A stretch of 52,752 nt of DNA from Flavobacteriales bacterium (lineage in GTDB: Bacteria; Bacteroidota; Bacteroidia; Flavobacteriales; Flavobacteriaceae), in NCBI GenBank assembly GCA_042090925.1, contig JBELIL010000001.1:1-52752 (forward strand). The letters run 5' to 3'. Shown piece by piece: positions 28,856 through 37,685 of this stretch. Within the stretch, counting starts at the first letter, position 1, and each line of letters opens with the position of its first letter. The position numbers were made by a program, and so were the translations under genes. The notes below the pieces were generated by a model. That model did no database searches, was not told the origin of the DNA, and saw only the letters and a program-made list of their open reading frames with translations.

Positions 28856-30016
28856 ATGTTTAATTTTGAATCGATGAGTGATAAAAATTTTTATGACATA
28901 ATTATTTGTGGAGGTGGCATTACAGGTTTATTGTTAGCCAAAAAACTAACCGATGATAACTATTTCAAAAATCATAAAATAGCTTTAATTGAAAAAGAAG
29001 ATAAAAATAAAAATGATAGGACCATTAGCTTTTGGGAGGAAGGTAAAGGGGAGTGGGACGTTATTACTTATGGAAGTTGGGACAACGCAATTTTTATTTC
29101 AGATGAGTATGAATCCTCTTTTAAACTAAGCCCCTACACTTATAAAACCATTCGAGCAATAGACTTTTACAACTATTTTAAAAACAAATTGCAGTTCAAA
29201 AATAATTTTAAAATAATAAAAGATAAAGTCTTAAAAATTAGATCTGATAGTAGCTTTAGTTATGTTAAAACATTAAATACGGAATACTCAGCACCCAGAG
29301 TTTTCACAAGTATTCCAACCTTAGATTACAAAAATCAAACGTCCATTCCTGTTCTACAACAACATTTTATTGGTTGGTTTGTTAAAACAGAAAATCCAAT
29401 ATTTGACCCGAAGAAACTGATTTTTATGGATTTTGATCTACCGCAAAAAGGTAATACAAGATTTATGTACATTTTACCTTTTGATAAAACTTTTGCTCTG
29501 GTTGAATATACCTTATTTTCTAAAAACAAACTCAAAAAAGACGAGTACGAAGACAATATCAAAAAATATTTAAAGGATAAAAATGCAGGAAAATTTAAAG
29601 TTGTTGAAAAAGAAGCTGGATCAATTCCTATGACTGGGTATAATTTTTCAAAACATAATAAATCAACTCTTCTTCATATTGGAACATCTGGTGGATGGAC
29701 TAAGGCTAGCACCGGATTTACTTTTAAAAAGTCCACAAATAAAATTGAAAATTTGATTTTGTATTTAAAACAAAATAAGCCTCTTGATAAATTTGAAAAT
29801 AAAACAAAATTTGATTTTTATGATTTACTTTTTTTAGATGTTCTGTATCACCATAATGAGAAAGGAAAGTCACTTTTTTCAGGAATGTTTAAAAAAAATA
29901 AGCCGCAAAGAATATTTCGATTTCTAGACGAAAAATCAAATTTTTATGAAGATGTACTTCTTATGTTATCATTCCCAATTGGTAAATTTGTAAAAGCCTT
30001 AATTAAAAACCTTTAA
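28856..30016 (+). CDS. lycopene cyclase family protein (CrtY-like flavoprotein)
   Basis: 386 aa. N-terminal dinucleotide fold YDIIICGGGITG and the FMYILPF...ALVEYT motif typical of lycopene beta-cyclases. A TAATTTTG box at 28861-28868 sits 5 nt before the second in-frame ATG (28874), so the true start may be 28874. Confidence 0.65.
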   Translation: MFNFESMSDKNFYDIIICGGGITGLLLAKKLTDDNYFKNHKIALIEKEDKNKNDRTISFWEEGKGEWDVITYGSWDNAIFISDEYESSFKLSPYTYKTIRAIDFYNYFKNKLQFKNNFKIIKDKVLKIRSDSSFSYVKTLNTEYSAPRVFTSIPTLDYKNQTSIPVLQQHFIGWFVKTENPIFDPKKLIFMDFDLPQKGNTRFMYILPFDKTFALVEYTLFSKNKLKKDEYEDNIKKYLKDKNAGKFKVVEKEAGSIPMTGYNFSKHNKSTLLHIGTSGGWTKASTGFTFKKSTNKIENLILYLKQNKPLDKFENKTKFDFYDLLFLDVLYHHNEKGKSLFSGMFKKNKPQRIFRFLDEKSNFYEDVLLMLSFPIGKFVKALIKNL

Positions 30017-30019
30017 AAA

Positions 30020-30988
30020 TCATAGTTTTCGATTCATTATAGTGTCAAAAAAATCGAAAAATTGTTGTTGTTTTTTGATTTCAATAGGGAGACTTTTTAT
30101 TGAATTTAAAGTCTTGTTTTGGTAATTTTCAATAATATTTCTTACGTAAATATCCGATTTGTTTTTTTTGAAAATATTTATGACTTCCCTCTTTTTTTTC
30201 TCAAAATCTTCAGATTCAGAACTATACAAGTTTAAAAGAGACTTTACATCGTCCTTGGACCCGTTTTTAAAAGAATGAATAAAAATTAATGTTCTTTTAT
30301 TTTCTTTTATGTCTCCACCACTTATTTTTCCAAAAATACTTTCCTCACCGAAAACGTCTAAGTAATCATCTTGTAGTTGAAACAAAATCCCCAAATTCAA
30401 TCCAAATTCATAAAAGGATTGACATACACTTTCATCAGCATTAACTGCAAGTACGCCCATTTTAACTGCGGCACCAATCAAGACGGCAGTTTTTAACTTA
30501 ATCATTTCAAAGTATTGCACTTCGCTAATTTCAATTTTATCAGTAAAATTCATATCCATTTGTTGACCCTTGCAAACATCCAATGCACTATCTGTTAAGA
30601 CTTTATTCATCTTAACGTAAATATCTGATTTATATATTTCTAATGACTTGTATGATAATATCAGCATCGCATCACCAGACAAAATAGCGCTGTTTGTATC
30701 CCATTTTTTATGAACAGATAGTCTACCTCTTCGATACAAAGCATTATCCATAATATCATCATGAACTAAAGAAAAATTATGGAAGATTTCTATTGCCAGT
30801 GCTGCAGGTAAAGCCTTTTCATGATTATTCGCTAAAGAATCTGCAGCCATTAGAGATAATATAGGCCTAACTCTTTTACCTTTATTTTCCATTGTATATA
30901 CAAAGGGTTTAAACAAATTGCTGGATTTATAAGCGGCAATTTCTTTTTCTAAATAATCATCAAAAAATTCTTTAAATGAGCTTAACAA
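30020..30988 (-). CDS. polyprenyl diphosphate synthase (trans-isoprenyl, FPP/GGPP synthase-like)
   Basis: 322 aa. First and second Asp-rich motifs LVHDDIMD and QLQDDYLD. Starts at TTG. Confidence 0.88.
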   Translation of the reverse strand: MLSSFKEFFDDYLEKEIAAYKSSNLFKPFVYTMENKGKRVRPILSLMAADSLANNHEKALPAALAIEIFHNFSLVHDDIMDNALYRRGRLSVHKKWDTNSAILSGDAMLILSYKSLEIYKSDIYVKMNKVLTDSALDVCKGQQMDMNFTDKIEISEVQYFEMIKLKTAVLIGAAVKMGVLAVNADESVCQSFYEFGLNLGILFQLQDDYLDVFGEESIFGKISGGDIKENKRTLIFIHSFKNGSKDDVKSLLNLYSSESEDFEKKKREVINIFKKNKSDIYVRNIIENYQNKTLNSIKSLPIEIKKQQQFFDFFDTIMNRKL

Positions 30989-31005
30989 AAAAACTTTCTT
31001 TTAAA

Positions 31006-31013
31006 CAAAAATA
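31006..31013 (-). promoter_or_regulatory. candidate -7 promoter box (TATTTTTG) for the polyprenyl synthase gene
   Basis: Exact TAnnTTTG match on the minus strand, 17 nt upstream of the TTG start at 30988. Confidence 0.35.
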
Positions 31014-31046
31014 ATTTAAAAAAGAATTTTTAATTAAAAAAACTGA

Positions 31047-31074
31047 GGAAACTTTTTTTGTATTTAAAGTTTCC
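31047..31074. promoter_or_regulatory. perfect 9-bp inverted repeat GGAAACTTT-N10-AAAGTTTCC, candidate TetR operator
   Basis: The arms are at 31047-31055 and 31066-31074. The repeat encloses the -33-like TTTG and ends 4 nt before the -7 box of the tetR/efflux promoter. Confidence 0.45.
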
Positions 31075-31086
31075 ATTTTATATTTG
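31057..31086 (+). promoter_or_regulatory. candidate promoter of the tetR-tolC-mfp-rnd operon (TTTG -33 element plus TATATTTG -7 box)
   Basis: TTTG lies at 31057-31060 and TATATTTG at 31079-31086, with an 18-nt spacer. The -7 box is 10 nt upstream of the ATG at 31097. Confidence 0.5.
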
Positions 31087-31096
31087 CAAACTTAAA

Positions 31097-31702
31097 ATGA
31101 AAAATAATATTTTAAATATTTCAAGTCAACTATTTTTAGAAATAGGATTCAAGAACGTTACAATGGATGATATTGCTGAAAAAATGGGTATCTCAAAAAA
31201 AACAATCTATTCCTACTTTAAAAATAAATATGAACTTGTTAAAGAAAGTACTCAACTCATTTTCGAAAATGCTTGTAATGATATTGAACAAATCAAGAAA
31301 TTAGCAATGCATCCAATTGAGGAATTATATTGTGTTAAATCTGAAGTTCTGAAGTACTTCCAAAATGAAAAAAGTTCACCGGTTTATCAAATGCAAAAGT
31401 ATTATCCAGAGATTTATAATGACATTAAAAACCAAGAATATACAAGACTTGGTTTCTTGGTTAAATCAAGTTTAAAAGAGGGGATTGAAACTGGATTGTT
31501 TAGAAAAAATATTGACATAGACTTTGTCTCAAGATTGTATATGAACGGGATGAGAGGAATTCGTGACATTGATGTATTCCCTCCAGAAAACTTTGATATT
31601 AAAATTTTAATTGAGAGTTATTTAGAATATCATGCAAGGGCTATTGTTACAGAAAAAGGTCTTTCAGTTTTAAATGAATTTATTTCAAAAAGTACTATTT
31701 AA
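31097..31702 (+). CDS. TetR/AcrR-family transcriptional regulator
   Basis: About 201 aa. N-terminal HTH (FKNVTMDDIAEKMGISKKTIYSYFKNK). I chose the start at 31097 because the promoter box lies inside the longer TTG-started ORF of the track (31058). Confidence 0.88.
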   Translation: MKNNILNISSQLFLEIGFKNVTMDDIAEKMGISKKTIYSYFKNKYELVKESTQLIFENACNDIEQIKKLAMHPIEELYCVKSEVLKYFQNEKSSPVYQMQKYYPEIYNDIKNQEYTRLGFLVKSSLKEGIETGLFRKNIDIDFVSRLYMNGMRGIRDIDVFPPENFDIKILIESYLEYHARAIVTEKGLSVLNEFISKSTI

Positions 31703-31703
31703 A

Positions 31704-33038
31704 ATGACTAAAAAACTCATATCTATTTTTTTTATACTATTACACTTTTACTTATCGTGCCAGGATGTTCCTAATTCTTTTACTCTTAACTCGGCCATCG
31801 AATGGGGGATGGATTACAATAAAACCATTCAGAAATCCAATTTAGAATTGCAAAAAGCATACAAGGAAAAATGGAAAACAATTTCTATAGGCTTGCCTCA
31901 AATTAAAGCCAATTTGAGCTATCAAAATTTTTTAGAACAACCCGTTTCACTTATACCAGCTGAATTTTTTGGTGGGGTAAAAGGTGATTACGCTGAGGTG
32001 GTTTTTGGAACTGAACAAACAGCCATAGGATTTGCTGAAATAAATCAGTTATTGTTTGATGGTACATATATTATTGGTGTGCAAGGATTAAAACATTATA
32101 TAGATACAGCAAAAAATGTATTAGAAAAATCACAAATAGAAATTAAGAAGTCCATTGTTATTGCTTACGTAAACACACTAGTAGCTGGAGAAAATATTTC
32201 GGTTATTAAAAGAAATTTATTAGTGTTAAATAAGAATTTAAAAGAGATAACCGCACTTTTTAAAAACGGATTTAGTGAGGAGGAGGATTTAGAACAAATT
32301 AAACTTACTATTTCTAAGCTCAAAACTCAATTTAAATACGCAAAAGAATCATATAAATTATCTTTTGATATTTTAAAACTTTTACTAGGTGTTGAGCTTG
32401 ATCAAAAATTGAAACTCTCTGACTCTTTAGAATACTTAACTATAAAAAACTTGAATTATGAATCGATCGACAATAACTATTCAAATAATATAGATATTCG
32501 ACTTGCAGAAAACAAAGTCACAGAAGAGAAGTTTTTATTTCGATTGGAAAAAGCAAAAGGTTTACCTTCATTAAGCGCTTTTTTAAATGGAAGTTATATG
32601 GGAAATAGCAATGAATTTACATTCACTGAAAAAGGACAAAAATGGTTTGGTTCTTCGGCATTTGGATTAAGATTAGAAGTTCCGATTTTTAGTTCATTTG
32701 GTAGACATGCAAAATCACAAAAAGCAAAGCTAAGCTTACAACAAGCTGAAAAGAATTTAACAGAAGTGCAATCAAAAGTTTATGTGGAAATGAGAAGAAC
32801 TCAAAATAACTTTAATCTAGCTAAAGAAAATTACCATACAGCTATTGATAATCTTAGGCTTGCTGAAAGAATTGAAAAAAAGAATATTATAAAATTCTTT
32901 GAAGGAGTGATTGGAAGCTTTCAATTGACACAAGCTCAACAGCAGCTTTACCAGGCTCAACAAAATAAAATTCAAAGTATGCGGACTGTAATAATTGAAA
33001 AAACAAATCTTGAAAAGATCTTAAATAATAAAAATTAA
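31704..33038 (+). CDS. TolC-family outer membrane efflux protein
   Basis: About 444 aa. Signal peptide MTKKLISIFFILLHFYLSC. Two-repeat coiled-coil/beta-barrel OEP architecture. First gene of an efflux triplet. Confidence 0.85.
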   Translation: MTKKLISIFFILLHFYLSCQDVPNSFTLNSAIEWGMDYNKTIQKSNLELQKAYKEKWKTISIGLPQIKANLSYQNFLEQPVSLIPAEFFGGVKGDYAEVVFGTEQTAIGFAEINQLLFDGTYIIGVQGLKHYIDTAKNVLEKSQIEIKKSIVIAYVNTLVAGENISVIKRNLLVLNKNLKEITALFKNGFSEEEDLEQIKLTISKLKTQFKYAKESYKLSFDILKLLLGVELDQKLKLSDSLEYLTIKNLNYESIDNNYSNNIDIRLAENKVTEEKFLFRLEKAKGLPSLSAFLNGSYMGNSNEFTFTEKGQKWFGSSAFGLRLEVPIFSSFGRHAKSQKAKLSLQQAEKNLTEVQSKVYVEMRRTQNNFNLAKENYHTAIDNLRLAERIEKKNIIKFFEGVIGSFQLTQAQQQLYQAQQNKIQSMRTVIIEKTNLEKILNNKN

Positions 33039-33043
33039 TATAA

Positions 33044-34213
33044 ATGAAAAAGTTTTTTTTAAATCTTAGTATAATATTCATTGTTAGTTGTGGATCAAAG
33101 AATTCTAAATCAATAGAAGAAATTTTAGCTAGCACAGATTATACCTTAATTCAAAAAAAGAAAGGGGAAATTAAAACCCAAATAAATGATTTAAAAGTTG
33201 AACTAAATAAGTTGGATAATGTGCTTCAAAAAATGGATACCGATAAAAATTTATTTTTAGTATCTGCAATTAAATTAAAACCTAGGAACTTTAGCCATTA
33301 TTTAAATTTTCAAGGTTCATTGGATACCGATAAGAATGTGGTTATTTATCCAGAATTAACTGGTCTTTTAAAAAATATTTACGTTAAACAAGGAGATAAA
33401 GTAAAGAAGGGACAATTGATTGCCAAAATTTCAGATAATGGCTTAACAGATCAACTAGAGCAATTAAAACTTCAAAGAGATTTGGCTAAAACAACCTTTG
33501 AGCGACAGCAAAAATTATGGAATCAAAAAATCGGTTCTGAAATACAATATTTACAGGCAAAAACAAATTTTAAAAGTTTGGAGAAAAAAATTTCTCAAAT
33601 GAAAGATCAAGAAGGTAAAACAAGAATTTTAGCTCCATTTGATGGTACTATAGACGATATTATAGCTGACGTTGGGAGTAATTTAGCTCCCGGCTTAACC
33701 CCGATTTTGAGAATAATTAATATTGAAAAAATGAAGGTTATTGCTGAGATTCCTGAAATACACATCCCCTATATAAAAAAGAATAAAAACGTAAAAATTT
33801 ATGTTCCAATATTAGATAAACAAATTTTAGGTAACATTTCATCTGTTGGTAATTTTATTAATCCGAACAACAGGTCTTTTAGTATCGAGATTAAATTATT
33901 TAACGAATCCAATGAATTAAAACCAAATATGACGGTGAGTTTAGAGATTAATGACTATCAAAATGAAAATGCCATCCTAATCCCATCTAAAGATATTTTA
34001 GAAGATGAAGAAGGGAATTTTTATGTATACAAATTGGTTAGTGATAGCAATGATAGCTATAAGTCAACTAAAATAATGATTCTCAAAGGAAAGTCATATA
34101 ATAATATGACCGAAATTAAAACTGGTTTGAAAGAAGATGATTTAATTATAAATGACGGTCTCAGGCAAGTTGAAGATGGACAAATTGTAAAAGTGATTTC
34201 TACCAATATTTAA
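33044..34213 (+). CDS. efflux RND periplasmic adaptor subunit (HlyD/MFP family), lipoprotein
   Basis: 389 aa. Lipobox IFIVSCG, a lipoyl/barrel-sandwich motif (VKQGDKVKKGQLIAKI), and a coiled-coil hairpin. Confidence 0.88.
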   Translation: MKKFFLNLSIIFIVSCGSKNSKSIEEILASTDYTLIQKKKGEIKTQINDLKVELNKLDNVLQKMDTDKNLFLVSAIKLKPRNFSHYLNFQGSLDTDKNVVIYPELTGLLKNIYVKQGDKVKKGQLIAKISDNGLTDQLEQLKLQRDLAKTTFERQQKLWNQKIGSEIQYLQAKTNFKSLEKKISQMKDQEGKTRILAPFDGTIDDIIADVGSNLAPGLTPILRIINIEKMKVIAEIPEIHIPYIKKNKNVKIYVPILDKQILGNISSVGNFINPNNRSFSIEIKLFNESNELKPNMTVSLEINDYQNENAILIPSKDILEDEEGNFYVYKLVSDSNDSYKSTKIMILKGKSYNNMTEIKTGLKEDDLIINDGLRQVEDGQIVKVISTNI

Positions 34214-34214
34214 A

Positions 34215-37200
34215 ATGAGAACAAATAAAAGCTTTAAAGAATTTTTACCTTCCTCGTGGGCTATTGACCACAGTACTGTAGTTTATGTTTTAATTTCTAT
34301 TTTTTTTATACTCGGATTCTCTTCCTATTTAAGCCTGCCAAGAGAGAACTTCCCTGAAATAAACAGCAATGTTATTTTTGTTAGTTCAGTTTATCCCGGG
34401 AATACAGCTGAGGATGTTGAAAGATTAATAACGGACCCATTAGAGGAAGAGCTAAAGGGTGTTTCAAATTTAGTTGGAATTAAATCAACATCTCAGGAGA
34501 ATATTTCATTAATAACAATAGAGTTTGATGAAAATATTTTAAAAGAAAAAGCTAAAAATGATGTCCAAGACAAAGTTGACGCAGTAACTGCACAGGCTGA
34601 TTGGCCTATTTTTAATGGGGCAAAAATAGAACCCGCTGTATTTGAATACAGTATTTCCGAAGAGGTTCCAATTCTCAATATCGGATTAAGTGGAAATATA
34701 CCACGAAAAGAAATGAAAGTTTATGGAGAAGTCTTAAAAGACAAAATAGAGCAGATGGCTGAAATTAAGGAAGTTTCCTTAAGAGGCGTTCAAGATTTCG
34801 AAGTAGAAGTCTCATTAGATTTAATCAAAATGGTTGCTGCAACAGTTTCTTTCGATGATGTTATAAATTGCATAAAAAGAGGAAATAATACTGTCTCTGC
34901 AGGTAATATTGAAGGTAATGGTCTAAGAAGAAATATTAGGGTGATAGGTGAAATTAAAAATCCTGAAGATTTAGAAAAGTTTGTAGTAAAAAATCAAGAC
35001 GGGACTGTTTTTCTTGGGGATTTATCTAAAATAACTTTTAAAGAAAAGCAAATTAATTCCTACGCTAGATCAAACGGAAAAAATTCAATCGTTTTAGATG
35101 TAAAGAAAAGATCTGGAAAAAATTTAATTAAAAGCGTAGAAAAAATTAGAGAACTTGTTGAAAAAATGAAAAAGAATGAATTCCCTTCTTCAATAAAAGT
35201 TACTATTTCTAATGATCAATCTGATATTACAAAAAATCTAGTTTCTGATTTAGCTAATAACATTGTTTTTGGGGTCATCTTAGTAATAACCGTACTTATG
35301 TTTTTCCTTGGCTTTAGAAATGCATTATTTGTTGGCTTCGCAATCCCAATGTCAATGCTTATGTCTTTTGTTGTAATTGGCTTTTTAGGAGAAACTATTA
35401 ATACAATGGTTCTTTTTGGTCTTATTATGGGGCTCGGGATGCTAGTAGATAACGGAATTGTTGTGGTTGAAAATGCATACCGGTTGATGGAAAAAGATAA
35501 AATGGGTTCCATTGAGGCTGCAAAAAAAGGGATTGGTGAAATTGCCTATCCAATAATTATTTCAACAGCTACTACAGTAGCTGCATTTGTTCCTTTAGGT
35601 TTTTGGCCAGGAGTTATTGGTGAGTTTATGATTTTTTTCCCTATTACACTTTCAATTGTTTTGGGCTCATCTCTTGTTGTAGCCATTTTCTTCAACTCAA
35701 TGCTAGTCTCAAAATTCATGAAAATTGATAAAAATGAAATATCACTGAAAAGTCTTAAAAGACTCAGTTTGATCTTGGGCGGAATAGGAATAATCTTAAT
35801 TTTTAATATTGGTGTTTTTAGGGCACTAGGAACGATTATGATTTTATCTACTATTCTATTATGGGTATATAAATATTTAATTAAAGACTGGACAATATAT
35901 TTTCAAGAAGTGTTTCTTAATAAACTTGAAATTAAATATAAAAGATTTTTAACTTTTGCGTTGTCTAACAATAAACCTTTTTATTTTTTATTTGGTACGA
36001 TTGGATTATTATTTTCCTCATTTATAATTCTTGGAATTGCTTCTCCAAAAGTTGAGTTTTTCCCAGAAAATGAACCCCAACAAATTTTTATTTACATAGA
36101 ATATCCAGAAGGAACATCCATTCAAAAGACTAATCTAACAAGTAAATTAATTGAAAAGGAAGTGGCTAAAATTATATACAATGATAAATATTCTCAAAAT
36201 GGCAAGAATTTTATGATTGATTCAAATGTTGTTATGGTCGGTTTAGGGGCACAAAACCCAGAGACTGACAGAGGTGGTGACCAAGACATGCCCCACAAAT
36301 CAAAGATAACGTTAACTATGAGTGAGTTCAAATTAAGAAATGGCTTTTCTAGTGAAGAAATGAGAAAAGACATTCAAATTATTCTTAAAGATAAATTCCC
36401 GGGAATTTCATTATCAGTTGAAAAGGAAGCATCTGGTCCTCCTGCTGGATATCCTATAAATATTGAAATAAAAGGGAATGATTACAATGACCTAATTAGT
36501 ATTGCAAAAGATTTAAAGGGATTCATCAATAAGGAAAATATTCCAGGAGTTGAACAAGTTAAAATAGATGTTAACAAAAGTAAACCAGGAATTGAAGTTG
36601 AAATTGATAGAAAAAAATCCGGTAGTTTGGGTGTTTATGCTGGACAAATTGGACAACAGCTCAGAAATTCTCTATTTGGTGCTAAAGCCGGAGTTTACAA
36701 AAGAAATGGTGAGGATTATGATATAAATGTTAGATTTGAAGAAAAATACAGAAAGAATTCTGAGAGCCTTCTTGACCAATATATTGTGTTTCGTGACCAA
36801 TCAGACGGAAAAATCAAAGAAGTCCCCATAAGTGCTACTGTCAAGTTAAAAAATGCTAATTCGTTTAGTTCAATAAAACATAAAGATTTAAGTAGAATAG
36901 TTACAGTTTATTCTCCAATATTGTCAGGTTACAATGCTAACGAAGTATTTTTAAATGTTAAAAAAGCAATTGAAACGGGTTTTGAGGGTTTTACAAATAA
37001 CGTGACTTACTCATTTACGGGAGAAATCGCCGAGCAAGAAAAAAACATGTCATTTTTGGTGAATGCACTTTTCACTGCGTTAGGTTTAATCCTTTTTCTT
37101 CTTGTTCTTCAATTCAACTCAATTTCAAATCCCCTAATAATACTTTTATCAATTTTTTTAAGTTTTACAGGTGTACTTTATGGAATAAGTATTTTTAATA

Positions 37201-37664
37201 TGCCTTTTGTAATTATGATGACTATGATGGGTATTATATCTTTATCTGGTATTGTTGTAAACAACGGTGTTGTTTTAATTGATTATACCAATCTTCTTGT
37301 TAGAAGAAAGAAATTAGATTTAGGGATCCAAGCTGACAAACTTCTTCAAATTGAAGATTTTAAAAATTCGGTGATTAGTGGTGGAGCAGCAAGGTTGAGA
37401 CCTGTTTTACTTACTGCGATAACGACTATTTTAGGATTAATCCCTCTGGCAACAGGTTTAAATATTAATTTTTTCACGCTAGTGTCTGAATGGGATCCTA
37501 ACTTTTTTGTTGGAGGTGATACAGTTGTATTTTGGGGGCCTTTATGTTGGACCGTTATTTTTGGATTAACTTTTGCTACTTTTCTAACTCTTGTTATAGT
37601 ACCTATAAGTTTTTATCTAGTTTACAGAATCAAATTATATTTTTATTCTTTAAGAGAATTATAA
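34215..37664 (+). CDS. efflux RND transporter permease (AcrB/HAE family) with an extra internal two-helix insertion
   Basis: 1149 aa. Typical RND porter and TM modules (VDNGIVVVEN, VVNNGVVLIDY). There are two extra hydrophobic segments between the first six-helix bundle and the second periplasmic loop (about aa 505-565). Confidence 0.9.
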   Translation: MRTNKSFKEFLPSSWAIDHSTVVYVLISIFFILGFSSYLSLPRENFPEINSNVIFVSSVYPGNTAEDVERLITDPLEEELKGVSNLVGIKSTSQENISLITIEFDENILKEKAKNDVQDKVDAVTAQADWPIFNGAKIEPAVFEYSISEEVPILNIGLSGNIPRKEMKVYGEVLKDKIEQMAEIKEVSLRGVQDFEVEVSLDLIKMVAATVSFDDVINCIKRGNNTVSAGNIEGNGLRRNIRVIGEIKNPEDLEKFVVKNQDGTVFLGDLSKITFKEKQINSYARSNGKNSIVLDVKKRSGKNLIKSVEKIRELVEKMKKNEFPSSIKVTISNDQSDITKNLVSDLANNIVFGVILVITVLMFFLGFRNALFVGFAIPMSMLMSFVVIGFLGETINTMVLFGLIMGLGMLVDNGIVVVENAYRLMEKDKMGSIEAAKKGIGEIAYPIIISTATTVAAFVPLGFWPGVIGEFMIFFPITLSIVLGSSLVVAIFFNSMLVSKFMKIDKNEISLKSLKRLSLILGGIGIILIFNIGVFRALGTIMILSTILLWVYKYLIKDWTIYFQEVFLNKLEIKYKRFLTFALSNNKPFYFLFGTIGLLFSSFIILGIASPKVEFFPENEPQQIFIYIEYPEGTSIQKTNLTSKLIEKEVAKIIYNDKYSQNGKNFMIDSNVVMVGLGAQNPETDRGGDQDMPHKSKITLTMSEFKLRNGFSSEEMRKDIQIILKDKFPGISLSVEKEASGPPAGYPINIEIKGNDYNDLISIAKDLKGFINKENIPGVEQVKIDVNKSKPGIEVEIDRKKSGSLGVYAGQIGQQLRNSLFGAKAGVYKRNGEDYDINVRFEEKYRKNSESLLDQYIVFRDQSDGKIKEVPISATVKLKNANSFSSIKHKDLSRIVTVYSPILSGYNANEVFLNVKKAIETGFEGFTNNVTYSFTGEIAEQEKNMSFLVNALFTALGLILFLLVLQFNSISNPLIILLSIFLSFTGVLYGISIFNMPFVIMMTMMGIISLSGIVVNNGVVLIDYTNLLVRRKKLDLGIQADKLLQIEDFKNSVISGGAARLRPVLLTAITTILGLIPLATGLNINFFTLVSEWDPNFFVGGDTVVFWGPLCWTVIFGLTFATFLTLVIVPISFYLVYRIKLYFYSLREL

Positions 37665-37685
37665 ATAAACTAAATTGCAAATAAA

